49,910 nucleotides of DNA from Planctomycetales bacterium (GCA_020426955.1 JAGQOZ010000001.1:1-49910); one strand, 5' to 3'; positions 40,745 to 49,886 are shown, counted from the stretch's first letter. The notes: generated from the sequence alone by a model not told the origin. Numbers and translations: made by a program.

Positions 40745-43454
40745 GGGTTACTCGCAGTCGCTGCCTGTCATCCTGCATAGCACTGGCCCAATCGGCGACC
40801 TCTGACGGCGACACTTTCTTGCCGGCGGCCGAATAACTGCCGTCTTGGAAAGCAATCACAAAATCGGACGAATCAAATTCTCCATCACAATTCCAATCGC
40901 CAGAACTCCACTTCGAATTACTCGCAATTCCATCCTCGTATTCACCAAGGGAAAACACGGCAACCAAGTCACCGGAATTAAAAACGCCGTCCAGATTCAC
41001 GTCTCCCACACCGCCACTCTGCAGGACATCTATCAACAGATAATCCAGGTCCAACTGGTCGACCACGGCATCTTGATTCAAGTCAAATTGCAGCGCCGGC
41101 TTGTTGGACTGCATAGCGTTACACAGTTCATCCACGTCCGCCACATTCACGGCGCCATCTTGATTGACATCGCCTGGTTCGAATCCCAAATCCTGATACC
41201 TAATAGAGAATTCGTAGCCGGGTATCGTTGTTCCCACGTCAGCAAACACGCGAATGTAAACTACTTGCCCCGGCTCCGTCGACACAGTCCATTCCGCCAG
41301 ACCTTCTGCTGAAGGAATGGAGTGAAGTAATTCGTTTTGATCGTTGAAAACTTCAAACGCGATGCTCCCTTCGTTCGCGTGAGAAGTCAGTGACAAGGCC
41401 ACGTCACTGGTTCGCTGAGATGTCCACCGAAACCAGTCGTCGTTGCGACTGCTGTGAATGGTCATGTCGGCAAGTGTTATGTCGTCGGTTCCTAAATCGA
41501 ACGCATCAGAAAAAGAATCATTGTTTTCGTAGGGATCGGCGGGGATGGACTGGTTGCGCACCAGCGTGTATCGACCTGTTGTTCCGTTGACCCCAGTTAC
41601 TTCCAGGTAAACCACCTGATCACGTTCTGCGGTCCACTCAATCCGAGACGCAAATCCAGCTCCCGAATCGTCGTTTTCAGCCAGTACGTGATAACCGTCT
41701 TCGTCAAACAAACGCAGGTAGCTGTCCGAAAGCGATGTCAGCCGAGTCAGAAACGTATAACTAACACCAGCATATACGGGAAGCTGAAACCAGTCTGGCT
41801 CGGCGGCCGTATTGATTTCGGCCAGAGTCGTTCCCGACTCCACCAGTGCTGCATCGGCAATACCATTACCAACGTCGTCGACCGTGCTGTATTTGGAAAC
41901 GTTCAGACGAAAACTTCCGGTGCTGCCAAGCAGGCCGGAAACTTGAAAGTAGACGGTTTGATTCGTAGGAGCTTGCCAAATCAAACGAGACGCGTAGCTG
42001 GAACCCACGTCGTCGTTGTCACCCAGTTTCGTCGTGCCGTCGGGAGCGAACATTCGCAACACCGAATCTCCCAGCGACGTCAAAACCGTTTGAATTCGAT
42101 ACGTTGTACCGGCTTCGGGTGTAAAGGCGAACCAATCTGTGTCTCGGCCTGAATTGATCACCCCGTTCGTCGTGCCTGTTTCTATCGAAGTAGCCGTGCT
42201 GGCTTCGCTGCCGTGATCATCTCCAACGATGGTGACTCGCTGAGTTACATTGCGTATCCGCCCCGTACCGTCGTCGGCGTCGCGATAGACAAATGCCACC
42301 GAATTCCCGCCTTCGGCTTCTACAATTCCATTGCCGTTGGTGCCCGATCCACTGGCAAGCAACACCGTTCCCCGAAACCGCCCGGGGGACGTTTCAGGCA
42401 ATTCAATGGTTTCGCGATCCCCTCCTGATCCATTCACATCCAACTGTACGCTTCCCTGTCCCGCCAGGTCCAAGTCATTTACCTGAACCGTAACAGAATC
42501 GTAGGCCAACAACGTGGCACTCTCCAACAGCAGGACACCGGTGCTCGATGGCTCGACCACTGACTCAATCCAACTGGCATAAGAAGAAACGCGAGTATAC
42601 ACGCCGGGCTTGTTTGGTTCGCCACAGCCAATGCCCCAGCTGGTGATCCCTGCTAAGACATAGTCACCTTCGTCATTGAGCACCACCAACGGACCGCCAC
42701 TGTCACCTTGACAGCTGTCCTTCCCAGTCGAACCGGCAGCAAGCATCGAAGCGGACACTTCGCCTGCCAACCAATTCACTTGATTCGCTACGGAGTTGGA
42801 GATGATCGGGACTTCCACGTCGTACAATTCGGGTGGCGACGTGTCATTTTCCGTTGCTCCCCAACCGGCGGTTCGCGCCATGATGCCGGGTGCCGTTAAC
42901 GAAGTTTGATTGGTTCGAACAAAATCGAACGGTGTACTCGAAGAAGGTTCAGTCAAAAACAGAATGGCGATATCGCCGCTATTGGTAACTGGATTCCAAT
43001 TTCGATGGATAAAGATCGAATCAACCGGCAAGACTTCTCCGTCATTGGTTCGCAGATCATACCGTCCTGAAATCACTTTCATGGTATCCGGCGTTTCCGC
43101 CTCCACGCAATGCGCGGCGGTCACCACGACATCCGGCGCAATGAGTGTTCCGCCACAGAAATGGTCCTCGGACAGATGCGTCAGCGCCACAATGCCAGGC
43201 CACTGGTTTGCGTCCGCCTTACCACCACCCACAATCTTAAGAACTCGACCGTCACTTGCGTTAGCAACAGGAGCAATATCTTGAACGGAATCCATCCAGG
43301 CTGGCGGCCATAGCTGCGCGACGTCGGCCGCAAGAAGTTGACGAGACTCCAATTCTTCCAACTTGACGAACCGCTTGCTGGGCATAATGTGTTTCAATCG
43401 ATTGTCCTTTGCGAAAACAGCCATTTCAGGCGCCGAAGCAGAATCTGATGCCAT
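40737..43454 (-). CDS. secreted trypsin-like (S1 family) serine protease with three PPC domains and C-terminal dockerin-type repeats
   Basis: IVGGGKADANQWPGIVAL, TAAHC (His), GDIAILFL (Asp) and GKDSCQGDSGGPLV (Ser). Three bacterial pre-peptidase C-terminal motifs: DTDWFAFTPEAGTTYRI, EPDWFQLPVYAGVSYTF and NDDWFRWTSQRTSDVAL. Ca-binding dockerin-like repeats: GDVNQDGAVNVADVDEL, DLNQDAVVDQLDLDYL, GDVNLDGVFNSGDLVAVF and GDWNCDGEFDSSDFVIAF. An alternative start is ATG 43385. Confidence 0.85.
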   Translation of the reverse strand: MASDSASAPEMAVFAKDNRLKHIMPSKRFVKLEELESRQLLAADVAQLWPPAWMDSVQDIAPVANASDGRVLKIVGGGKADANQWPGIVALTHLSEDHFCGGTLIAPDVVVTAAHCVEAETPDTMKVISGRYDLRTNDGEVLPVDSIFIHRNWNPVTNSGDIAILFLTEPSSSTPFDFVRTNQTSLTAPGIMARTAGWGATENDTSPPELYDVEVPIISNSVANQVNWLAGEVSASMLAAGSTGKDSCQGDSGGPLVVLNDEGDYVLAGITSWGIGCGEPNKPGVYTRVSSYASWIESVVEPSSTGVLLLESATLLAYDSVTVQVNDLDLAGQGSVQLDVNGSGGDRETIELPETSPGRFRGTVLLASGSGTNGNGIVEAEGGNSVAFVYRDADDGTGRIRNVTQRVTIVGDDHGSEASTATSIETGTTNGVINSGRDTDWFAFTPEAGTTYRIQTVLTSLGDSVLRMFAPDGTTKLGDNDDVGSSYASRLIWQAPTNQTVYFQVSGLLGSTGSFRLNVSKYSTVDDVGNGIADAALVESGTTLAEINTAAEPDWFQLPVYAGVSYTFLTRLTSLSDSYLRLFDEDGYHVLAENDDSGAGFASRIEWTAERDQVVYLEVTGVNGTTGRYTLVRNQSIPADPYENNDSFSDAFDLGTDDITLADMTIHSSRNDDWFRWTSQRTSDVALSLTSHANEGSIAFEVFNDQNELLHSIPSAEGLAEWTVSTEPGQVVYIRVFADVGTTIPGYEFSIRYQDLGFEPGDVNQDGAVNVADVDELCNAMQSNKPALQFDLNQDAVVDQLDLDYLLIDVLQSGGVGDVNLDGVFNSGDLVAVFSLGEYEDGIASNSKWSSGDWNCDGEFDSSDFVIAFQDGSYSAAGKKVSPSEVADWASAMQDDRQRLRVTHE

Positions 43455-43507
43455 TATTATTGCAGAAGGCCGAAAATTCCGACATTGGAAACTTTGAAGT
43501 TGCGCAA

Positions 43508-43611
43508 TTGCGTTTTCCGGGCGGATTCTCTTAGCCCGAAGCGTCAGTTTTGACGTTGTGCATTTGGGTTTTCCGGCGGGATTTCCTAGCCCGACGCGTT
43601 AGCGCGCGTCA
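43508..43611. repeat. intergenic tandem repeat, two ~40-nt imperfect copies with a 56-nt period
   Basis: Copy A, 43508..43547: ttgcgttttccgggcggattctcttagcccgaagcgtcag. Copy B, 43564..43602: ttgggttttccggcgggatttcctagcccgacgcgttag, followed by a further gcgtcag at 43605..43611. The block is bracketed by the 10-bp inverted repeat gaagttgcgc (43496..43505) / gcgcaacttc (43669..43678). Confidence 0.6.
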
Positions 43612-44022
43612 GCGAGGGACCATAAAAACACTCAATTTCACCTCACGTACGGGGCGAGCTATGAAAAAGCGCAACTTCGCAACTGGCAAGATATAAGTTC
43701 CTAACAAAAGGCAATCAATGTTTGCCTGACTTAACAGCTCAGGCATTCAGATGATTACGCCTTGCCAAGATCTTCTTCTTCCACCGAAACGCATGGCCCC
43801 TAAATACGGATTCCAACCAGATTCTGCGACTGGTTATACCTAGGCTAATCTAAGTCTCCACGACTCCAACAACATGCTTCGCTGCTGTGATGTCGAGTTG
43901 TTTCTGGCTACACCGCGACTGATACGCGAGCAACTTTTGCAACTGTTTTTCGAACAAGCTCAACCGCATCCAAGGCATCGCCTAAATGTGACGGCATCAA
44001 GCTATTCACGAATTTGGACATT

Positions 44023-44241
44023 TCATTCCGATGCCGTTTCAGGAATGGATTTACTGATCACAAATGTCGAAGCCATCATTCCCGCGAAAAGTGGCAAAGC
44101 GAAGCACAGCAAATCGAGAAATTTGGCAGGCCCCGAGGACAGCGATTCGGCGACTAACGGCAAAATGAATGACGCGATTATCGCTGTCGCCCATACGCCT
44201 GCATTGGTTGCGATTAGCTTATTCTTTTGAGATGAAGTCAC
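44023..44241 (-). CDS. small (72 aa) two-TM membrane protein, hypothetical
   Basis: Two clear hydrophobic helices, LIATNAGVWATAIIASFILPLVA and FLDLLCFALPLFAGMMASTFVI. It competes with antisense ORF 43874..44230, which has no recognisable features. Confidence 0.4.
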   Translation of the reverse strand: MTSSQKNKLIATNAGVWATAIIASFILPLVAESLSSGPAKFLDLLCFALPLFAGMMASTFVISKSIPETASE

Positions 44242-44468
44242 AATTTCGATTCCTGCTTATCTTTGCTGCCGGGTGGTCGGCGTCTTTTGAAGTTGTGTTT
44301 TGGGCAGCCCAAAACATACGTTACGAAAAATGGAATGTTTCTGCGGCTCCTGAGGCCGATCGATGCCTAGCAGCCGCAAAACGTTAAACGAAAAAGTATC
44401 AACGCTAATCAAGTGAAGTGGTTTAGTTCAACGCTAGGGTTGACCGGGCAGCGGGCATCCACCAATGG

Positions 44469-45311
44469 TTATCGTTCAGTGTTCCCTGCTACTCCGGTCG
44501 AACCGGTGGTTAGATGACCTTTGCGGTGAATGCTCCGTCGGAAGCCCGACAGAACAACCACGATGCCAACCAACCAAGAACACTGGGCTGGAGGTTCCGG
44601 CACGGCCACGATGGATGTGACCGTGCCAATCCAGTGTTGATAGCTAATGGGTCTTGCGTCCCCACCCGCAACTGGGACAACTTGGCTGAATTCCAGTTTA
44701 ACGCTCTCGAATGAAGAGGGATCAATTCGCGTCGGTAGTGAGTCGTCCGACAGGTTCACACCGGTGGTATCGATGAGGCGTAGGGATAGGAGATACTCCG
44801 TGGAAAAACTGAGTGTGCTTTCTGACTGCGAAAACGGAAACGACACAGGAGGCTCCCAGGAAGGAACCGTGATTTCTCGAAACCAAGAAAGATGACTCCT
44901 AAGTCGCAGCTCATCTCCTGACAGTAACGGCGATCCGTTGAAATAGTCCAATCCAGTATCGTTGAACACCTGCCACTGAGGTGTGAGAGGATTCACCGAA
45001 AAACCCAACCCCGGCACATCAATGGAAACCTCAATTGCGTCACTGCTATAGACGCCCCGATAATCGGCACCTGTTTGCTCGTCCGACACAGAGACACCCA
45101 AATCATCAGGCCATGACACCGCTAGGGTGAACGTTTTTCCGATCAGCTCGCTTGGCGACCATGGTGCGGACCAAGAATCGACGGTTCGGGACGTGGGCGC
45201 AAACTCGCCTTTGAAAATATATCCTGCGGAATGCGCATCGATTGGGAAAAGAACGCCCAAGTCAACTGCGAATACACAGGCTGCAAACACACAAAAGTTT
45301 GACTGCAGCAT
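44469..45311 (-). CDS. exported PEP-CTERM-like protein with an extended C-terminal tail
   Basis: AAGGAG RBS 7 nt upstream of ATG 45311. Signal peptide MLQSNFCVFAACVFAVDLGVLFPIDAHSAG. Near the C-terminus, VAVPEPPAQCSWLVGIVVVLSGFRRS has a PEP-like motif, a TM and RR, followed by about 20 extra residues. Confidence 0.6.
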   Translation of the reverse strand: MLQSNFCVFAACVFAVDLGVLFPIDAHSAGYIFKGEFAPTSRTVDSWSAPWSPSELIGKTFTLAVSWPDDLGVSVSDEQTGADYRGVYSSDAIEVSIDVPGLGFSVNPLTPQWQVFNDTGLDYFNGSPLLSGDELRLRSHLSWFREITVPSWEPPVSFPFSQSESTLSFSTEYLLSLRLIDTTGVNLSDDSLPTRIDPSSFESVKLEFSQVVPVAGGDARPISYQHWIGTVTSIVAVPEPPAQCSWLVGIVVVLSGFRRSIHRKGHLTTGSTGVAGNTER

Positions 45312-45769
45312 CGCTGTTCTCCTTCAACCGAAATCAAGTTTGCCGCCGTGCCACACCAGAGATCGACAGGTTCCAGTCGGTGCCAATCTCGACGGCAGGA
45401 TGGGCCTCCTAAATACGAATATTAAACTATTCCACTAGTAGCGTAGCGAAACGGCGGGATAGTTTGTCCGTTGAGCCGAGACGCTTCGCTGGGGCGATAT
45501 GCCGATTTAATTGATGCGGCCGCCCGAACAGGTGTTAATTCTACCGCAAAGATCTGGCGTGCAGCAAGTTAGTTTTGCGGATGCCATCGAGACTCGCGGC
45601 GGGGTAGGCCCGATTGCTCGCAATCGTTCGGTATCTGGTTGTCGTTGTTCGATGCCGTGAACGCCCATGTTCGACACGAGCACAGATGGCGTGTTGGGCA
45701 ATCGTCTTTGGCTAGAACATCTGGTGCTCGCCTGAGATCAAGCGTAATTGTTCGAATGATACATTGAAA

Positions 45770-46894
45770 TTAGTTGGAATCTTCAAATTGGCCATCTTCC
45801 AGCAGCCAGCCCTTGCGTTTGAAATAGTACAGCAGACCGACCGCGACGACGGCCATGCCTCCCAGCACGCTGAAATAGCCGAAGCGCCATTGCGTCTCGG
45901 GCATATTCCAAGGTGAACGTGTGTCAAAATTCATGCCGTACAGGCCCGTGATAAAGCTGAGCGGTATGAACAGCGTCGAAATAATGGTCAAAACTTTCAT
46001 CACGTCGTTCATGCGATAGCTGACAATCGACAGATAGAAGTCGCGCAGATCTGAACACATTTCCCAGTAGATGTCCATCATATCCATCAACTGGATCACG
46101 TGATCATAGCAATCGCGAATATACAATTGCGTATCGGAGCGAACGAATTCCGACGCGTTTCTAGACAGCGACAACATGGCTTCTCGATGAGGTCGAATGG
46201 ACCTGCGCATGACCAGCAATTCGTTGCGAACATCGTGAATTTTAGTCATCACGTGTTGAGATCTAGAAGTTGAAATCTGCACGTCCAAGTCTTCGATTCG
46301 TTCTGCAAATTGATCGACAATGGGGAAGTAGGAATCGATCACCAAATCCAAAATGCAATACGCCAGATAATCGGCACCTTGGCTGCGAATCTTGCCAGCA
46401 TTTTCGCGGATTCGCTGCCGGATCGCTTGAAACGAATCGTCCGGTCGCTCTTGCAGCGTAATCAGCCAGCCGTTGCCAATGAACAGGCTCACTTGTTCCG
46501 ATTGCCCCGGTTCGCTAGGCAATGGCAAGCGAACGACGACAAACAAATAGTCATCATATGTCTCCACTTTCGCTCGTTGATGCACATTCACGACATCTTC
46601 AATTGACAGCGGATGAATCTCAAATTGCGCTGCAAAATCAGTCAATGCTTGCCCGCTGGCGATCGCGCGAACATCAATCCAAGTGATCTGATTCGAAGAA
46701 AGGTGTGTTCGAAAATCGACCACTTGGTCAACTTGTTTTTCGGTCACTACATCCGAATTAAAGCACGTCACGTGGAAATCGTTATGAAGTGCCGGAGCCG
46801 GCGCCATCGAAACAACGCCGGGCGGCGCACCGTGGGAAGTGCGTCGTTTAAAACGAGGACGTTTTTTGATCTTTCGCTTGAAGCGGCTCGACAT
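45770..46894 (-). CDS. corA: CorA-family magnesium/cobalt transporter
   Basis: C-terminal ITGLYGMNFD (GMN motif) between two TM helices, after a long cytoplasmic domain. I prefer ATG 46894. The ORF could also begin at TTG 46912. Confidence 0.85.
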   Translation of the reverse strand: MSSRFKRKIKKRPRFKRRTSHGAPPGVVSMAPAPALHNDFHVTCFNSDVVTEKQVDQVVDFRTHLSSNQITWIDVRAIASGQALTDFAAQFEIHPLSIEDVVNVHQRAKVETYDDYLFVVVRLPLPSEPGQSEQVSLFIGNGWLITLQERPDDSFQAIRQRIRENAGKIRSQGADYLAYCILDLVIDSYFPIVDQFAERIEDLDVQISTSRSQHVMTKIHDVRNELLVMRRSIRPHREAMLSLSRNASEFVRSDTQLYIRDCYDHVIQLMDMMDIYWEMCSDLRDFYLSIVSYRMNDVMKVLTIISTLFIPLSFITGLYGMNFDTRSPWNMPETQWRFGYFSVLGGMAVVAVGLLYYFKRKGWLLEDGQFEDSN

Positions 46895-46918
46895 GACAAA
46901 CCGTTCTGGCAAGGAGCG

Positions 46919-47299
46919 TTAGTTTTTGGTTTGAGCTTCCGTTTCCTGCAGCTTGCGCGGATCGACCAGAAAATCAAAGCCCAGCCACATACTACGAGCG
47001 CGACGATAATACAGCAGTGGGAACACTACCGCAAAAGCCAACAGGCCCCATAACACTTGCTGCGAATCATATCGCCACTTGAAAACCAGCAACGGATAGG
47101 CAATCGAAATAATCAGCGCCGTGAGCCCGTAGTTGAAATAGATGGCCCCCAAGTAAAACCCGGTTTCTCGTTCATAAACCAAACCGCATTCAGGACACTT
47201 TTTGAACATGCGAAACCAGGTTTCGTACAATTTGCCCTTGCCACACCGAGGGCAACGTAACGAAATCGCTCGACGAAACAACGTCGGAAAGTTACTCAT
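46919..47299 (-). CDS. DUF983-family zinc-ribbon membrane protein
   Basis: CPRCGKGKLYETWFRMFKKCPECGLVYERETGFYLGAIYFNYGLTALIISIAYPLLV is a C-x2-C ... C-x2-C ribbon followed by TM helices. Its stop lies 6 nt (TTG start) to 24 nt (ATG start) upstream of corA. Confidence 0.65.
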   Translation of the reverse strand: MSNFPTLFRRAISLRCPRCGKGKLYETWFRMFKKCPECGLVYERETGFYLGAIYFNYGLTALIISIAYPLLVFKWRYDSQQVLWGLLAFAVVFPLLYYRRARSMWLGFDFLVDPRKLQETEAQTKN

Positions 47300-47500
47300 C
47301 GCTTCTTACTCGAATTCAGTTTTCTACCACCATTCAAAATTCGGCCTGACACAGATTCTAAAGCAATTGGCCAACGGCCACTAGGTAACGTAGCCGGCGA
47401 CAAACGCAACCTTCGATATGTCAATATGTCGATCTTATCCATTGTGTATTATGCGGTACGGTGAATTGGCAAACCGCCTCCGTTGTCGTACCATGTGAAC

Positions 47501-47689
47501 ATGAAAATGCTTGGAAAATTACTGCAAGTCTTCGCGTTATGCCTTCTGCCGTTGGCCATATTATTAGAGCTGATGGGGCTGCTGGGGCGAGACGAACTTG
47601 CACATATGTTGCTGATGATGGTAATGGGTATGGCAGCATTTGGCATGGGCCGAATCCTGGAGGGATTTGGGACGGACGCTAAGCAATGA
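47501..47689 (+). CDS. small (62 aa) two-TM membrane protein, hypothetical
   Basis: MKMLGKLLQVFALCLLPLAILLELMGLLG and MLLMMVMGMAAFGMGRIL are hydrophobic helices. It lies just upstream of, and co-directional with, the beta-propeller gene. No family recognised. Confidence 0.35.
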   Translation: MKMLGKLLQVFALCLLPLAILLELMGLLGRDELAHMLLMMVMGMAAFGMGRILEGFGTDAKQ

Positions 47690-47711
47690 AGCTGAGACAC
47701 GGAACAAACGA

Positions 47712-49886
47712 ATGACGCGGTTGATGCGAATTGCAATCTGGTGGTTCGCAAGCACGTTGTTGGCAGTGCCAGTCTTCGCCGAACCGCCCGCTAGCGCCTC
47801 TATTGACCAAGTGGATGGCCGCGACCAGACCGATCTGGAGCGATTGCACGAATTGATTACTTCAGGCAAGACGGACGCGGCCAGTGTGCTGTATGCCCAA
47901 TTGATCGTTCGATCTGGTGATCGCATGGTGGGAACGGGCTCAACGAACGGTGGCGAGCGATTCGTGCCTTTGCGAGCAGCGTTGTCGCGTCAGCTCTTGA
48001 CGGATCCAGCAGCGGAAAGCGTAGTTCAAGAAATTCGGCGAAGTGGTGATTCCGCAGCGAACGCTCGATGGGCGGAAATCATGGATTCGCAACGAACTCC
48101 GCAAATCGATCGACCGGCTTTGCTGGCCGAATTCATTCGCCAGCATCCGTTAGCTTCGGCTTGGGACGATGCATTGTTGGCCGCGATTGACTTGGCGATT
48201 TCGCAAGCGGATAGTTTACGAGCCGATCGACTCATCCAGTTGGCGTTGGATTGGAATCGCCTTCAAGTGTCGGTTCGCATTTCTGATCGGTCAGCCGAAA
48301 TAGCGGCTCGTTCCATCCTGCTGACTTTGCTTAATGGACAGACAGAGGTTGCGAAGATGCGTTTTCAAACGTTTGCACAGCAGTGGCCGGATGCTCGAGC
48401 ACCCTTTGCGGGGACGGACGGTTTGTTATTGGATCAGCTGAGTCGATTGATCGACGCCGCGGACGCATGGCCGCAGCAATTGCCGACCATTGCCGGCAAC
48501 ACCGTTTCCGTTGAAACGGCGAGCGACGTTCCGGACTGGCGACAACAGACTACCTTGCGTCTGCTGTGGCGACACCCGTCGCCCTCGCCATTTCAGCGCA
48601 CTGCGTTGAGCCTGGCCATGGACAATCTGATCGAAATAGGAGTCGGTGAATCACGAGAATCACCCTTGTCTGTTCTCCCGACGGTGCACCAAGGCAACGT
48701 TTTTTTTCACGATGGATTGACGTTGCGAGCGTTACAATTGGCGGACGGCCGAGCACTCGCGTGGGCATCCGATGACGGAGTGATCTATGCGTTGCCAGAA
48801 GCGGGCAGAAGTGAAATTCGTCCATTGGAGGCTGCCGGAGTCGCTCGGTTTTCGCTGGCGGTTCGAAACGAACGCCTGGTCGCTCGGATGGGAAATCCAG
48901 TGTCGTTTCAAGCCAACTCGATCACCGGTGTGGAAATCCCGAGCCGAATTGTCGAATTGGATTTGGCCGCTGAAGGCAAGCTTGCGTATTCGCCTATTGC
49001 ACCTTGGGACGACTCGTTTGCTTTTTTGGGAACGCCCGTCATTGATGGCGAATTTGCTTATGTGGCGTTACAGCAAAGTGGCGGCGTGCCGTCATTGTGG
49101 TTGGCGGCGTATGCGGAAGATCGTTTGTTGTGGAAGTCGCAGATTTGTTCCGGGCATTCCTATTTTTCGGCGAGGACCAACGAGATTTCGCATCGCACGG
49201 TTACGCTAGTCGATCAAACGCTGTTCGTCTGTTCTGATACGGGCATCATTGCGGCGTTGGATGCAAATGACGGACAAATGCTGTGGATGCATCGCTATGT
49301 TCGATCTGAAGTGCAACCGGTAAATCTAGTCGAACGACCTTGGCACAGTGAACGCAACTTGACCGCTCCGCTGTATCATCAAGGGCGTTTGTTTGTCGCG
49401 CCGGCAGATCTTGACGGCATCTTGGCGTTGGACGCAGCGACAGGGCGATTCCTGTGGCAGACCAAAACTCCGAAGGGAACTCTGGATGCAGTTCATTTGT
49501 TGGGTGCCACCCATTCCTTGCTGATGGCCAGTGGGCGACGTCTGTGGTGGATTAACTCCGCGACCGGCGGCCCGGCCTTGATGATCAAAACGGATGCCGG
49601 ACAAACCAATCCGTGGCCCACCAGCTTGATGTCAGAAACATCCGCGTGGGGCAAGGGCGTTGTTTTGGGGGACGAGTTATTGTGGACTGTGCGGACGGAT
49701 CGAGGTGACTTTTTGCAGGTTTGGGACTGTTCGCTGGCAACGCCATTGCAGCAAATTTCATTAACCGATTTTGGCGTTCAAGCGGGACATTTGCTGGTCT
49801 GGGAAGACTTTCTGTTGGTTGCTTCGGCCCAAGAACTGGTTTGCTTTCAAGTCTTAGCGGATCGAACTGGTCTAGACACAAAATAG
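47712..49886 (+). CDS. exported protein with an N-terminal helical region and a C-terminal PQQ-like (BamB-type) beta-propeller
   Basis: Signal peptide MTRLMRIAIWWFASTLLAVPVFAEP from ATG 47712. PQQ-type blade motifs GIIAALDANDGQMLWMH, GILALDAATGRFLWQT and DGVIYAL. Confidence 0.7.
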   Translation: MTRLMRIAIWWFASTLLAVPVFAEPPASASIDQVDGRDQTDLERLHELITSGKTDAASVLYAQLIVRSGDRMVGTGSTNGGERFVPLRAALSRQLLTDPAAESVVQEIRRSGDSAANARWAEIMDSQRTPQIDRPALLAEFIRQHPLASAWDDALLAAIDLAISQADSLRADRLIQLALDWNRLQVSVRISDRSAEIAARSILLTLLNGQTEVAKMRFQTFAQQWPDARAPFAGTDGLLLDQLSRLIDAADAWPQQLPTIAGNTVSVETASDVPDWRQQTTLRLLWRHPSPSPFQRTALSLAMDNLIEIGVGESRESPLSVLPTVHQGNVFFHDGLTLRALQLADGRALAWASDDGVIYALPEAGRSEIRPLEAAGVARFSLAVRNERLVARMGNPVSFQANSITGVEIPSRIVELDLAAEGKLAYSPIAPWDDSFAFLGTPVIDGEFAYVALQQSGGVPSLWLAAYAEDRLLWKSQICSGHSYFSARTNEISHRTVTLVDQTLFVCSDTGIIAALDANDGQMLWMHRYVRSEVQPVNLVERPWHSERNLTAPLYHQGRLFVAPADLDGILALDAATGRFLWQTKTPKGTLDAVHLLGATHSLLMASGRRLWWINSATGGPALMIKTDAGQTNPWPTSLMSETSAWGKGVVLGDELLWTVRTDRGDFLQVWDCSLATPLQQISLTDFGVQAGHLLVWEDFLLVASAQELVCFQVLADRTGLDTK

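Noticed and set aside
43874-44230. 118-aa + strand ORF
   Set aside because: It has no motif, no TM and no RBS. It is antisense to a 72-aa frame with two clean TM helices. I keep the latter at low confidence and neither is certain.
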